Positions 13,494 to 27,356 of a stretch of DNA of 64,000 bases are shown in pieces. The first letter of the stretch is position 1; each line of letters starts with the position of its first letter. Made by a program: the position numbers and the translations under genes. The stretch covers positions 28,458,001-28,522,000 of the forward strand of contig OZ024755.1 in assembly GCA_964016885.1 (NCBI GenBank). The letters are read 5' to 3'. The notes beneath the pieces are model-generated. The model ran no database searches. It was given only the letters and a program-made list of their open reading frames with translations, and had not been told where the DNA came from. This stretch comes from Eledone cirrhosa (lineage: Eukaryota).

Positions 13494-14453
13494 TTTCAAC
13501 GAAAAACAATTTTAAAAAGACAATTGTATACATTTTTTTTCTGTTCGTTTAACTACTTACCTTTTTCTTTATCTTGTATATATTATTTAAGCCCGATTTT
13601 AGTTTAAGTGTTTACAGTTTAGGGTTTCCTATACTCAGCATATATATATAGCAATATTTTCATATAAATTCACTTCTATAACTTTGCCAATATTGGTGGC
13701 ACACATGCCTTACTTTCCCTGCTGAGTAGGTTGCATTGCGTGGGCGGCTACAACGGTGTATAGACATCACTTCACCTGTTGAGACATTTGTTTTTAACAG
13801 AACCGCCCCAAGTTGAACAGTGATGAGTGGAACGTTCATTCAGGGAACAGAACAATAAAGTAATAGATGATTTCAAGGGAAACGTTTCAATGTATTGCAA
13901 TTGAAGGTAAGAAGGAAATATGGAAATAAGGGAACAGAACGGGGGAAATACATGGAAAGAAAGACAGACAGACAGAAAGTAATAAAGAAAGAACGAGGAT
14001 GAGAAGAATGGTTGAAGCTGAGATGAAAACAAAGTAACGATAATAGAGTGCGAGTAGGCTAAGCTACGTCAATATATCAATAGAAGTCACAACACGTAGA
14101 GAGCAAATGTTTTTGTTTTTTTATTATGACTGTTTTGTTTTATCTATAAATGTTTGCACACTCAGAACCCGAACTGAAATAGTACTGGCATGAAGGTATG
14201 TACTTATGACTACATAGGACCGTGCATAAGTACACACAGACATAAGAACTCATACACACCACATAACAAAAAACATACACGCACCGAACCACATACACAC
14301 ACATATACACACACACATATATAAATATATTCACGAAGATATACCCACATGTACACAAGCTTGTAAAATGCATACAGACAGGAAAAGCACACAGTAGTAG
14401 ATGAGTTGCAACGGTAGTGTCATTTATACATAAACACACACATTCAAAATCGT

Positions 14454-14548
<95 letters not shown>

Positions 14549-14767
14549 ATGTGTGTGTATCAGTGAGTGTGAGTAATTGTGTACGTATTTACTCAGGTTA
14601 AGAGACATTTATATGAATGGGGATGCAGGTAGTATATTTATAAATATAGATACATAACATAGACAGGTGTAACCGCAATCACGCACATACACACACATAC
14701 GCACACATACACACTCACACACATATATGCGTGTTAGTATGCATGTATGCACGTCTATTTTTTTATA

Positions 14768-14813
<46 letters not shown>

Positions 14814-14919
14814 TATAGGTGAGGATGAGTCTGCTAAAGTCATAAAATGTAATAGACGTGTGTGAACGTACAGGTAGATAAATACAGCAACACATTAAAT
14901 TATGTTATATATATGTATG

Positions 14920-14952
<33 letters not shown>

Positions 14953-15088
14953 ATGTGTGTGTGTGTGTGTGTAGGGGTATGTGTGTAGTGTAATGTAACG
15001 AGAGAGAGAGAGAGAGTGAGAGACACAGAGAGAGAAATATACAGAGAGAGAAAGAGACAGAGAGTGAGAGAGAGAGAGATATATATAT

Positions 15089-15133
<45 letters not shown>

Positions 15134-15146
15134 CAAAGTGAGAGAT

Positions 15147-15198
<52 letters not shown>

Positions 15199-15664
15199 GC
15201 GGAGAAAGAAAAAGATGGTTATTACAAATTGTGTAAAAGAGAATTATAATGAAAAACTAAAAAAATGATTGAATGAGAAAATCACGATTGGAGAGAAGAA
15301 AGATGAAGATGCAGAAAGAGAAAGAGAAGACAATTAAAGGAGGGAAAATAAAGCGGGGGGAAGGTAGGTAAGGTGGTTTGGAGCAACAGGTGCTTGATTT
15401 GGTATCGAAGACAAGTGAGATCGGATATGCCATTGTTGTTATTGTCATAGTTATCGAACTATTTGCGGGACGATTCACTAATTTTAATTGATATTCATCG
15501 GATATTTCGTTTCTCGCTCAAATTATATGTATGCCACATATATAGAGAGAGATAGGGCCATATAAGACGCGAACCCCCGAAGCCGAGTGCGTATCCATGT
15601 GCGTATGTTTATAAATATATGTGCTTGTGCGTACGTGCTAGTGTGTGTATGTGTTTATATCTTT

Positions 15665-15695
<31 letters not shown>

Positions 15696-15705
<10 letters not shown>

Positions 15706-15886
15706 TTTTATAGAAGGAACTTCTACAGGACTAGTACTGTTTCATTCAGATGAAATCTTCAGGAAGCTCTGAATGAAACAGTACTAGTCCTGTAGAAGTT
15801 CCTTCTATAAAATAAAAAAATTTTACTCTGCCATGTATTGAGTACCTTACTTACTGTGGTTATCCCCGACTCAACCCGGGACCTAC

Positions 15887-15890
<4 letters not shown>
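15696..15890 (+). mobile_element. Family D hairpin hammerhead element, copy 1
   Basis: Perfect arms ~15700-15751 and 15768-15820; minus arm cttc-CTGAAGA-tttcatctgaat-GAAAC-agtacta-GTC; tail tattgagtaccttacttactgtggtta. Confidence 0.8.
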
Positions 15891-15924
<34 letters not shown>

Positions 15925-15927
<3 letters not shown>

Positions 15928-16372
15928 CAAAAGTTCTATTTAAATTGTTGGGATACAACAAGCAAATATTTTTATAACTGATATAAAGCACTCGACAAGT
16001 ATTTGGAGTAAAATATACGATATTAACAAATGGAAACTATATTTATAAAACCATATTTATTTTATTATACATATTTCAAGGATACCAGGTTAAATTATGG
16101 TATGCCTTCATCAAACAAAATACAATATATACCAGTTTTATAAATAAACATTGACGTACCCTTTCAAAATGCAACCGTTACTTTTGGATGTCTTCTGATG
16201 TCTTCCAAAAGTAACGGTTGCGTTTTGAAAGGGTACGTCAATGTTTATTTATAAAACTGGTATTTATTGTATTTTGTCTGATGAAGGCATACCATAATTT
16301 AACTTGGTATCCTTGAAATATGTATAATAAAATAATATGGTTTTATAAATATAGTTTCCATTTGTTAATATC

Positions 16373-16379
<7 letters not shown>
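15925..16379 (-). mobile_element. Family B palindromic hammerhead element, copy B3
   Basis: Arms ~16013-16188 and 16204-16379; CTGATGA at 16278 and GAAA at 16315 on the plus arm; the minus arm has TTGATGA. Confidence 0.85.
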
Positions 16380-16432
<53 letters not shown>

Positions 16433-16433
16433 T

Positions 16434-16807
16434 TTATATTAATAAATGGAAACTATATCTATAAAACCATAATTATTTTATTATATATATTTCAAGGGCA
16501 ACCAAGGCAAATTTTGGTGCGCTTTCATCAGATAATGGATAGCCAGCGAACCTCCAACCGTCAAGGTTGTTCTTTGGCGGGTATGTCAACATTTATAAAA
16601 CAAATTGTGTATTTTATCTGATGAAAGCGCACCAAAATTTGCCTTGGTTGCCCTTGAAATATATATAATAAAATAATTATGGTTTTATAAATATAGTTTT
16701 CATTTATTAATATAATGATTATTTACTCCACCCATCTGTTGAGTGCTTTATATCAGTTATAAAACTTTTAAGTTTGTTGAATTCCAACAAATTTAATATA
16801 ACCTTTG

Positions 16808-16810
<3 letters not shown>
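16434..16810 (+). mobile_element. Family B hairpin hammerhead element, copy B4
   Basis: Arms ~16435-16535 and 16614-16713; tattttat-CTGATGA-aagcgcaccaa..ttggttgccctt-GAAA-tatata-TA-ataaaata; tail has ttgagtgc. Confidence 0.85.
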
Positions 16811-16851
<41 letters not shown>

Positions 16852-16853
<2 letters not shown>

Positions 16854-17045
16854 CGTTACGAACAGTGTTGGTATTAGGTTCAAGCTTGAGAGAGGGGTGG
16901 GGGATGACGTTTCGGGCATAAAGCCTTTATCAGGAGACGGAAAGGTGGGAAGGAAAAGTGTTCCGTGTTGCATTAAAATAAAGGGGAAAAAATCTTAAAT
17001 GAACTTTCCCTTCATCAGTTGTCGACCTCTACTACGGGTCGCAGA
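16852..17045 (-). mobile_element. Family E Penelope-pLTR-like fragment with minimal hammerhead (core CTGATAA)
   Basis: Minus strand CTGATAA-aggc tttat gccc-GAAAC-GTC at 16905-16933; similar motif at 60410. Confidence 0.6.
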
Positions 17046-17049
17046 TGTT

Positions 17050-17225
17050 GCGCGTGTGCATCCCGGGTTCAATCTGGGGTAACCAATGTATGTAAGGTAC
17101 TCAATACATAGAAAAGTATAAATGTTTAATATAGAAATGGCTTCTACAGGATAGATCTGATGATTGTCTTCGAATGAAACAGCTCTAGTCTAGTAGAAGC
17201 CATTTCTATGTCTTCTACTAGACTA
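17050..17225. mobile_element. Family D copy with hairpin and hammerhead
   Basis: ccgggttcaatc..ggtaacc..gtaaggtactcaatacatag tail; CTGATGA(17157)..GAAAC(17176)..GTC between arms atagaaatggcttctac / gtagaagccatttctat. Confidence 0.7.
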
Positions 17226-18424
17226 TGTATATATATCTTCACTTTAGTGTCCAAATAATCATTACAGCAACATTACTAAGACCCCCTTAAGGACTGCCGT
17301 TGGCATATGTACTCTATTAGACATACTGGGCAGAAAAATGACACAACGTTGGTCATATATAAATGGGCTCAGAAGGAAAGGAATATAACTAAATACAATA
17401 TAATTGTTTATACTTTTGGCACAAGGCCAGTGATTATCTCAGTGCATTACTGGTACTTTATTTTATCGACCCCGTAAGGATGAAAGGCAAAGTTAACATC
17501 GTCGGGATTACGAACAAAACACACGGATGCAAGTGCCTCATGGATATACATCGTCTTCACTATAGAGGTGTATGTGAACATTCCTTATAGTATTTGAATT
17601 GTAGAATTTCTTTCAAAATGAAATTCACATAGAATACTACGGCTTCGGAGAAATCTAAGCACTGTAATGTAGGCACTGCACCTTCATTTCAGTTTAATTA
17701 TTTACAAACAAAATCGCAACACACGCCATCAATATATCAGGTTATATTCGCAAATATAAGATATTTTCGATAGTCTGGTTAGAATCAACTCCTTATACGT
17801 ATTCGATGACAATTGATTTGCTAAAATAAGAAAGTAGTATTGCTTTATCAAGTTTAAATATTCCGAAAGCGTTAATCTTATAATTCTTCTCCTTTTGTTG
17901 TTTATAATTCATCCAATTATAGCATAATCCCAGCGGATATTTAATAAAATTACAGGGGTAATATCATGTAACATTTTAATTAGAATCCACACAAAAGAGT
18001 TTGTTTCGTTTGGCTCAAGGAATGAGCTGTATTTTAGAGAATTACACATAAAATTCATTCGTCGATAAGCATAAGAGTTAAAACTTATAATGGAGATTGA
18101 CGAAAAGAATCACATGAGTGAATAGCCATGACAGAGAAGATTCTTGTAATGTTATTTGGGGTCACTTAAGACAAAGACCTTTAGGCTTTTCGAAAAAAAA
18201 ATCACGCAGTGGAATGCCTAACAAATTACATCATTGTGGTAAACTAAAGAATATTTTATTATTTAGAAATATCTAGCCGTAAAAATAATACTTTCTGATT
18301 TAGGAACAAGGCCAATGATTTTGGGTGAGGAGAACTTCGATTAAATCGTACTTTATTTTATCGGCACCGTAAGGATGAAAGGTAAAGCTAATCTTGACAG
18401 GATTTGAACTCAGATCGTACGACA

Positions 18425-19195
18425 ACGCACACGGAGAGGATCTGGGCGTCGACTAAGTTGAACTAACCAGTCTGTTCCGGTGAACCTTTGAGCCGGGTAC
18501 TATAGATAGCTTTCAGAAATCTCTCGCTTGGAGAACTTCCGGTTCGAGCTAAACTCTACAAGCATAGAAGTGCTGTCTGAGGGACCTGCCTGAGATGCGC
18601 GAGGAGCCACGAAACCGTTCTGCATGCTCTCGTCCTGTGTTCTAGGATCACTGACGTTTGGAGTTATGTCGAACAGTTGTTGACGCATGTAGAAAAATCC
18701 GGCTATCGACCGAGTCCATAAAGGAGATTGTTCTGCTACCTCGTTTTGGCCAGGAGGAGCAGGCAATGTTCCTCTGTATGATAGCTGTAGCGAAACATGT
18801 ATGGTGGATGTGACTGAAAGTTCTGAAGAGAGACATTCCTCTTCGGAAAAGCCCTCGTCAACTTTTTCAAGCTTCATTTGGTAAGGAAGATGGGGATGGA
18901 GAGGAAAATGCTGACTCCCAGAGCATTTTTTAAAAGGTGGGTGATTGTTCCGAAGATGGGTCGTGTGACTGGGCTCACTATGCACATGCGCCTGTTGGGT
19001 AGAAGCATTGGGTGCTCTTGGAGATGAGGGTGGGTTGGAATTTGTGGGGTTCACCACTGGATTGTATCCCCACCGTTATTGGTGAATTCTGTTGTTGATA
19101 TTTTTTTACTAATTTTTTGTTAATTTTTTTTACTCGGCTCAACTGTCCCTATCTTTGTTTTGTCCTCTATATTTCAGCCCTTGTGGCCAATAATA
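18425..19195 (+). mobile_element. L1/Tx1-clade LINE, decayed 3' end
   Basis: Plus-frame translation LPVRAKLYKHRSAV*GTCLRCARSHETVLHALVLCSRITDVWSY is the ORF2 C-terminal CxxC-x8-H-x4-C knuckle; in-frame stops; 3' UTR ends in cccttgtggccaataat. Confidence 0.75.
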
Positions 19196-19199
19196 GGCG

Positions 19200-19399
19200 T
19201 TAGTTTGGCAGTATTGGTAGAGTGTCAGACACCAAGCTTTGCAGCATAGGAGTTATGGCCCTTTACGTTCTGAGTTCAAATCCCGCCGAGGTTAACTTTG
19301 CCTTTCATCCTTACGGGGGTCGATAAAATAAAGTACCAGTAATACACTTGGTTATTGCTGGCCTTGTGCCAAAAAGTAGAAACAATTATTATTATTATT
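19200..19399 (+). mobile_element. SINE family 1, near full length
   Basis: A-box-like tggcagtattgg, B box gagttcaaatcc, central core, (ATT)n tail. Confidence 0.85.
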
Positions 19400-21818
19400 G
19401 TTCTTTGAGTCTCAGTCATTGATGTTATTTAACTGGAAGGTTTGTTGAAATGAATATCAAGCCACTACCTGAAGCCTCAGATATTCAGGACGTATCGGAG
19501 GGTTCTTGCTGTTCCCAGCAAGCATCCCTTTTGAAGTGGTCCAAAAAGCGGGGCGGGACCAATTTTCTTTAACCATCCTAGATAGAACCTATTGCGCCTA
19601 TGACAATCGGGACCAATTTGACCTCTGAGCAGTTCCAAATCCTTTTTACCTCCCACTTTAAGTCCTGGTATCGGTTAATTTACTCCCTCTCCTTCTGTTG
19701 CACTCTCGTGTCGAATGGGCAGGCTACAACCACAATCAGGCGCGATCTTTTTTCCTTGTCCAAAACCACCAGGTCAGGTCTATTGTGTTCCAGTTTCTTG
19801 TCCGTCCGTATCCTAAAATCCCATAGCACCTTCACCTGATCGTTTTCTATCACCGACTCTGGCTTATGCTCATACCACTTCTCAGAATGTGGTAAATTGT
19901 TTACTTTGCATAGGTGCCAGTGGATCACCCTGCTCATCACATCATGTCTCCAGCCCTTATAGTGAGTCTGGGCTAGGTGTTTACACTCGGATACAATGTG
20001 AGCCACAGTCTCCTACACAGTGGGCTAGCCTCCTCTTTGTAAATATGGTGTTTCAGCCACTTCGTTTTGAGGGCCTGCTCTTGCGCAGCCATTAGCATTC
20101 CCTCTGTAGCCTTTTTAAGGTCTCCTCTCTTCAACTAGTTCCATGTCTGTGGATCTCTAAATTCAGTTTTCTCAAAGAAGGCACTATGAAGGGATTTTTC
20201 ATGAAGGTTGCTGTTTCTCCTTGTTGTTATTTCTTCCTTGGCCATCACCTGGTCCATTGTCCTCTCCTTCAGCACAATTCTGAGCATTGGCTCCCTACTA
20301 TCAGTCACGTATTTGTGTAGGTTGTTTTTCTCCATCTGAACACAGTCCTCTATGCTGATAAGACCTCTTCCACCTTCAGATCTCCTTAAGTAGAGTCTAT
20401 CGACATCACTCCTTTTGTGGAACATGTTGTAGATAGTCAATAGCTTCCTAGTCTTCCTATCCATTTCTTTTTGTTCAGCAACATTCCATCTCAGAATTCC
20501 CGCACTGTACCTAATAATAGACACAGCTTGGGAATTTATTGCACTTATGGCATTCCTACTGTTCAGATGTAATTTTAATGCGCTCCTTACTCTCCGAATG
20601 TATTCAGATCTTATCAATTCCTTCATTTTTTTGTTCTTGATGTCATCAGCCTCCAGAACACCTAAATATTTGTATCCCTCTTCAGTATCAATTTCCTTTA
20701 TCATCTCACCTGTTGGTACCTGGATTCCGTTGCTTCTGCTCAATTTACCCCTCTTCATCACAAGGACTCCACACTTATTAATACCAAATTGCATACATAT
20801 ATCATTGCTGAAAATACGCACAGTGTCAACAAGCACATCCAACTCCCTCTCACTCTTCCCGAAGAGTTTAAGATCGTCCATGAAGAGAAGGTGATTGATG
20901 GTAAGCTCTCCCTTTCCCAACTTGTATCCTGCTCTCACTTTTCGCAGTATAATGGTCAGCGGGATCAGGGCAAGGACAAACAACAGAGGGGACAAACTAT
21001 CTCTGGAAGATACCTCTCTTGATCCTCACGCCTCCCAAGGATTCTCCAGCTGATGTTAACTCTGTTTTCCAGGACTTCATACTTTTGCTCAACAACTGTC
21101 TGATGTTATCTGCCACCTTGAAGATCTCTAGGCTTTTGGTGATCCAAGAATGAGGTACCATGTTGAATGCCTTTTTGTAGTCTACCCATCCCATGGCAAG
21201 ACCAGTTTGTCTCCTCCTGCAATTCCTCATCACCATCTTATCAATAAGTAACTGGTCCTTTGTACCACGGGACTTCTTTCGGCATCCTTTCTGTTCGTCC
21301 GGTAACAAGTTGTTTATGTGGAGGTGATGGTAGATTTCCTCAGACACAATGCTTGTTAACAGTTTCCACATTACGGACAGACATGTGATAGGTCTATAGT
21401 TTGTAACATCATTACCCTTGGTTCGGTCTTTCATTACCAGAACTGTGGTACCTTTTGTCAACCACTCTGATACCTCACCTGGCATCAAGCAGTCATTGAA
21501 CATGGTTGTCAGTTTCGGGTGGAGGGATGTTATATTTTTAATCCAATACCCCTGCAAACCATCTAGGCCTGGTGATTTCTAGTTGGTTAGTTTTCTGGCC
21601 TGCTCCTTAAGAGTTTCAACTGTGATACTCAAATCAGTTTGTTGGTGTGCCTGTTCACTAATCTCCTTTTGTACTGTTTCAATCCACACTGCCTTATCAT
21701 TATGTTCAACATCCTGCTCCCATATTCCTCTCCAGAATGTCTTAGTTTGTTCCGCCTCAGGGATCAAGTCGTTGCCTCTTTCTTTTCCTTCAAGCTGTCC
21801 AAACAACATCTTCTGGTT
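19400..21818 (-). mobile_element. R4/Dong-like non-LTR retrotransposon (RT + restriction-like endonuclease), 5'-truncated, frameshifted
   Basis: RT motifs NYRPITCL, EQKG, KDQLL, DYKKAF, GIFQ, SPLLF, HLLFMDDLKL, YKYLG; C-terminal HIVSEC..RHD, NRPDLVV, VACPFD. ORF stops at ~19477; the 3' end abuts a (TAA)n tract, a known Dong target type. Confidence 0.9.
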
Positions 21819-21985
21819 GAGTTACGGCCCTTTATGATCTGAGTTCAAATCCCGCCGAGGTTAACTTTGCCTTTCATTCTTACGGGCTCAATAAAATAAA
21901 GTACCAGTATCGTACTGATGTCGATTTAATCGAATTTCTCCCCTCCCCCAATTACTGGCCTTGTGCCTATGCTAGAAATCATTAT
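21817..21985 (+). mobile_element. SINE family 1 fragment at the LINE 5' truncation
   Basis: gagttcaaatcccgccgaggttaactttgcctttca.. core and tail. Confidence 0.75.
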
Positions 21986-22534
21986 TGTCATCATAATCAT
22001 CATCATCGTCGTCATTAATATCATCATTATCATCATCATCATACTTCACAGAATAACGAGGTAGCCAAAGTAGACAGCGAATGGATTAAACACTAATGAA
22101 CACCAGGCTTATTACATTGTAACTTTGGCAACAGCTATTAAATACAATGAGCTTGCAGCAACGATCATCAGCTATCACGTGACCACCAACAAACTTCATG
22201 TTTTGTTCTTACTGTTGTTTTTGATTTTTTCCTTTCTTCTTCTTTCTTTTTCCTTGTTTCACAATTTTTATTTAGAGTATTGAATATTTTCCTTTATGGA
22301 AAATATGTGACAACTTGTTCTTTTCATGAAACGACTCTGAATCTACTAGAAAAATAAAGAAAAAAAAATGTCGAAACATGGCGGCCGCTATTTTATTTGC
22401 ATTCATATCATATAAATCTGTAAAGTGTCATATGAAATATTTCGCGGTATCATATTTAGTTGCATAATATTTGTTCGAATATGAACTACCACTTGTACTG
22501 ATTTTGGCGGTCACCCTTCTGCATTTAATTAAAC

Positions 22535-22840
22535 CAAGCTCATGAATGTTATCCAACCATCTTGCTCGGTGTCTACTCCTTGGTCTCTTGCCGGTTAGTT
22601 TTGCCCGTAAAATCTGTCCAGTGATTCTTTCCTGAGACATCCTAACCACATGCCTATAGTATCAGAGCTGTGATCTCTCAATTCGGATAAGTAGCAGTTC
22701 TACCTGGAGTGACTCTCTGATTTCTGAGTTACACACTTTATCGAGTAACGTTACTCCAAAGACCATTCGGAGGAATCCCATTTCGGCCGCTTGCATTGGC
22801 GATCGTATTCTTTCGGTCATTACTCAAGATTCATGACCAA
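22535..22840 (-). mobile_element. RTE-clade LINE 3' fragment
   Basis: Minus translation ESx(VM)TERIRSPMQAAEMGFLRM..GVTLLDKVCNSEIR..HVVRM..GKRPRSRHRARWLDNI. Confidence 0.75.
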
Positions 22841-22910
22841 CAAAAATTTAGGAAGCAAAATATGAAGGAATCCATAAAACCTAATACAAAGTTATCATGC
22901 ACTGACTAAA

Positions 22911-23092
22911 TAACTGTTTCTACTTTAGGCACAAGGCCAGCAATTACCCAGTGCATTACTGGTACTTTATTTTATCGACCCCGTAGGATGAAAGGCAAAG
23001 TCAACCTCGGCTGGATTTGAACTCAGATCGTAAAGGGACGTAACTATGCTGGAAAGCATAACGTCCGACCCTCTACCGATACTGCCAATCCA
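22911..23092 (-). mobile_element. SINE family 1, full length
   Basis: Reverse complement of the 57124-57316 copy. Confidence 0.85.
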
Positions 23093-24299
23093 CTAAATAA
23101 CATCATTTATAAATAGTCCTAAACAATTCCCAACTTTACATGAACATCGCCGACTGTAACAATAACAATACGAACTAAAGAAAACACCTTCCCTATTCCA
23201 CGTATCTGGACAGAATATATTCAACATATATTCTGTAAAAATGCCACAACATACTAAAACACTAATGACATTGTGAACCTTTGTAGAGATAGAATATATT
23301 TCCTACATCATCACCATATTATATCTGCTTCCCATGTTGTCAGAGGCTGGTTGGGTTTTCATATTTCAAGTCAGTTCTTATTTAGAATTACTGTCTGCTT
23401 AGATACGGTCAGTGGATAATATCTTGGTCATACATTCCATAATAATAACAATAGTGATTTTAAATTTTAGATTTTAATGAGAGACATTAACGTGACGTGA
23501 TCTGAGACTACATGTTGAAACTAACACAATTACTGCATGAAAGATTCATTTTAATCATTTTAAAACAACTGTTTTGAAACAAAATATATAAATGTAGGTA
23601 TGCATACAAAAATCTAGAAAACATTTTTACTAGCAAAAGCCCAAATCCCTCTTATTACATATTATACTAAAATTGTACAAAGAATACACTTTTATAATGG
23701 CATGGTTTATATAATATATACAGAGAAAAATGTGTATTCATTATATTGATATCGCTTAAAACAGTATTGAAGTTAAAGTAAAAAGTGGTACACCAGATAT
23801 CACGGCTTTCAAATAAATAAAAACAACACATATTAAATTAATTTATGAAACATTTCTTCAACCCCGATTCTTACTGAATATCTTAACACATTTCATCCAA
23901 TAGTTACAACACTTTAACACTCTCACAACCATCGTCATTGGGGCGTTTGTAATGCATTATACATTCCATGGTTTTCAAATATTATATTTCCCAAGAGAGT
24001 GGGTTTAATATCATTGTTATATACACCCCCCGTTACATCCAAAACAATCCATCCCAACACACAAATATAACACTCTAAATGAATCAAAGCATATCTGTGA
24101 AAGGCATCAGCTTCTGTTCCAAGCCAGAACAGACACTTAAGAAACAATTCCCAAACGATTCTCCAACTATTTACCAATTATCAGCACAATACACTCACGA
24201 ATAAATGAAGAAGGCGAACACATTTTTACCAATTTTCAATGAACCACAAAAGAATGAGTTTTATTGTGGGATGCAAATAATATTTTTAGGATTCATCCA

Positions 24300-24900
24300 C
24301 TCATAAAACACTAAAGACAAACCGCACCAGACTCCTACGTAGAATTTCAAACGTGTAGAAATGAAAAGCCTGGAAATTAGTAGTTTACATCCGACTCTCT
24401 CCAAATTATAACACCAATTCAGACTATTACATTCAATGACCACACTACTCAAATTTTAATGGCGTCAACAACAGAACACATTAGGTACGTGTCATTCTAG
24501 CTAGCATCGAAATCAGCGACGCTTTCGACAACAATGACCGCTATATGCACACATAATGGATCAGTAAGCAAAATAAAATAACACATAGAAAAATTGTAGG
24601 TGTTGCATTTGGCTAACAAAAGGAAACAATGGTGTACTTACATTACATTAGATCTATTACAGATTATGTTTGAGACCCTAATCTTTCCACAACAAACAAT
24701 ATTAAACTAAACCAAATGCTAAAAGCGAAAAACCACCTAGTTATACAAATAGCAGAGTTCTTTTGACAGCATGCTTTACGTCCCTTCCTCCCTGATATTT
24801 CCCAAAGCATTAAAATTCACCGTTAATATATGGGACATAAATACAGCAACTTAAAGCACTGGTAGAACATCATAAAAACATACACTGTCTTACATGTAAA
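24300..24900 (+). pseudogene. Highly decayed LINE RT remnant (Jockey/I-like)
   Basis: Fragments PDSY.., MKSLE, ASIEISDAFD resemble RT motifs SYRPIS, K.LE, D.SKAFD; many disruptions. Confidence 0.35.
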
Positions 24901-25154
24901 TCAAACAGCTATAAGTAACTGTGAGATCAATATAAACTCACTGCTCAAACCACTGTGTTGGAATGTACAATATAATCAGAAAATTTCAACTGCCATATTC
25001 TGACCGAGTTCACTTCACGGGACTCCAGAATATCTGGATTAATAGAAAGAGAATAAAAATGAAAATATGTCCAGACAGTAATGTACACCTTCCAAGATGC
25101 ATCACTGCATGGCTGAGTGTGCAGTGTGGCCTTTAGCTAAGCAGAGAAATTATA

Positions 25155-25495
25155 TAAGGGTTAAGACCCCCTTCGGTCGCGAATGACCATGGGATTTACA
25201 CCTAGAATGTTTCCCTCGGAAGCACAAATCCGGACAAAGTTGTTTGTGGAAGACCAGCAGTTGCCGATGCATACCAGCTGCCCATCTCCACGCCACCGTT
25301 GATGTCCAAGGGAAAGGCAATGGCCGATACAGCTTGACACCAGTGACGTCGCCACTCATGTCTACAGCTGAGTAAACTGGAGCAAATGTGAAATAAAGTG
25401 TCTTTCTCAGGGACACAACGCATCACCCGGTCCGAGATTCCAACTTACAACCTCCCGATTGCAAGCCCAATGCTCTAACCACAAACCATGCGCCT
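25155..25495 (-). mobile_element. SINE with family 2 head and a different long tail
   Basis: ggagcaaatgtgaaataaagtgtcttt..cagggacacaacgc..caccc core plus tRNA-like head at 25430-25495. Confidence 0.7.
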
Positions 25496-25841
25496 GTCTT
25501 AAAGGAAATGATATAACAGGAGTGCTAAGCCTTTAAATTTGATCCTATTGCTGCCATGTTGCTGAGGTCGGTTCGCGCATCAACAGGGCTGAATTTATCA
25601 GGGATGGAAACTCTGACCGTCCTCGGCTCCCACATCAAACTGAGTCCTCTCTAGGAACAGGCACCCTCTCATCTAGCAGGACCCCAGATCCTTTTTTAAA
25701 AAAGAGGGGCCTTGTTAATAAACATAATATAATCTTTTGATGTAGAATAGGGAAAATGACTTAGACTTGCCACAAAGCAATTCCTGGTAGTGACAATCGG
25801 TGCAGAAATATGCTATATATATGCAGAAAAATAATATAATA

Positions 25842-25934
<93 letters not shown>

Positions 25935-26629
25935 TAGACTATATATATATATATGTGTTTATATCTATATTATATCTGTATTTTTGACCGTTGGTCAGTC
26001 AATGGTAAACATTGAGGACCGAATGAATTAACTGTGGAGATATAAAAGATACAGAAGCGAAAAACCAACCAAACAGTGAGTGTGTTCTGTTATTATTTCT
26101 GGTAATAATATGACCCTCCCAAGTATAACAATATTTGTTTCGCCCCACGATTTCATAACAAAAACCTCGCAAAACAAATATATATATATATATATATCAC
26201 TACCTCCTTATGGACAACTGACGCTGGACAACACACCAGGTCCAATCACGGAAGGGCTGAACACCCACTGTCGTCGGCTCCATCTCTCTCGCCCTCTCCA
26301 CCCCTCTGTATTAAGAGCAAATGGCGTCCCACGTGCCGGCCGCCCGACGGCTCCGGAGGATGTCAATTTATGAAACTTTTTCTACTTTAATGACACTAGT
26401 TGGGGAAAAGAGAGGATGTAATGTATATGGTGTATATGAATACATGTGTATCAATGTTTGTATATGTGTATATATAGTTATAACATCGATGTTGCTTGTG
26501 TGTGTGTGTGTGTTTATGTACACAATGACAATTCTCCTCCTTTCCTCATATGACCTCATGACCTGGCAGTGGACTGATATATTTGAAATTTAATGAGATG
26601 GGAAATCCTATTCTCTCTATTCAGTCTAT

Positions 26630-26678
<49 letters not shown>

Positions 26679-27134
26679 TTCTCTTCACCTCTCTTTACCT
26701 CTCTCTCTCCCTCCTCTCTCTCTTTACCTCTCTCTCTCTCTCTCTCTACCTAACTCACAATCTTTCTTTTCTATCTTCCTATCCCATCTCCTTTTTAAAA
26801 AATAGACAAATGTTCGTCACAGTGTTTTCTTGCATCTAAAAGATTTGAAAAAATATATCTTTAAAACATACATGTATTTTAAATGTTGAATTTTAAAATT
26901 TAAAATTTCCAATGAGTATTATATTGTTCTACAATACAAAACTGCATTAAAATGTTCAAATCTATTTAAAAACATTCATTCACAATTTTATGAAACAACA
27001 AATTATTATGTTATGTTCCAAATGCCGACTTAATAACGAAAATGGCACTTTTTTTCGTTTGCATTTAAATATTTTATGTATGAAATGACAACCACAATGA
27101 CGTCGATGAATTCATTTTGCAAGATTTTTTTATA

Positions 27135-27352
27135 TTAACCCTTTAGCATTCACATTATTTTATATATACTATTATATTTTCATGGTAAATGCTTTACCTC
27201 ACATACTTATCCCACATAATATCGAATTTATGAGATTTTGAAAGTATTTATTTTGAAAACAATACCTTAACATCAGTTTGAGCGACCAGTTACAGCCAGT
27301 TTCAACAGAAAGAGGTAGAGAATTCTGGCCGGTTTGAACACTAAAGGGTTAA
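27135..27352. mobile_element. piggyBac-type MITE
   Basis: TTAA|ccctttagcattca ... tgaacactaaaggg|TTAA: TTAA target duplication, CCC/GGG ends, 12/14 TIR match. Confidence 0.75.
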
Positions 27353-27356
27353 ATCC

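Noticed and set aside
18500-19057. 185-aa minus-strand ORF as a host gene
   Set aside because: Antisense shadow of the Tx1-like LINE fragment on the plus strand.
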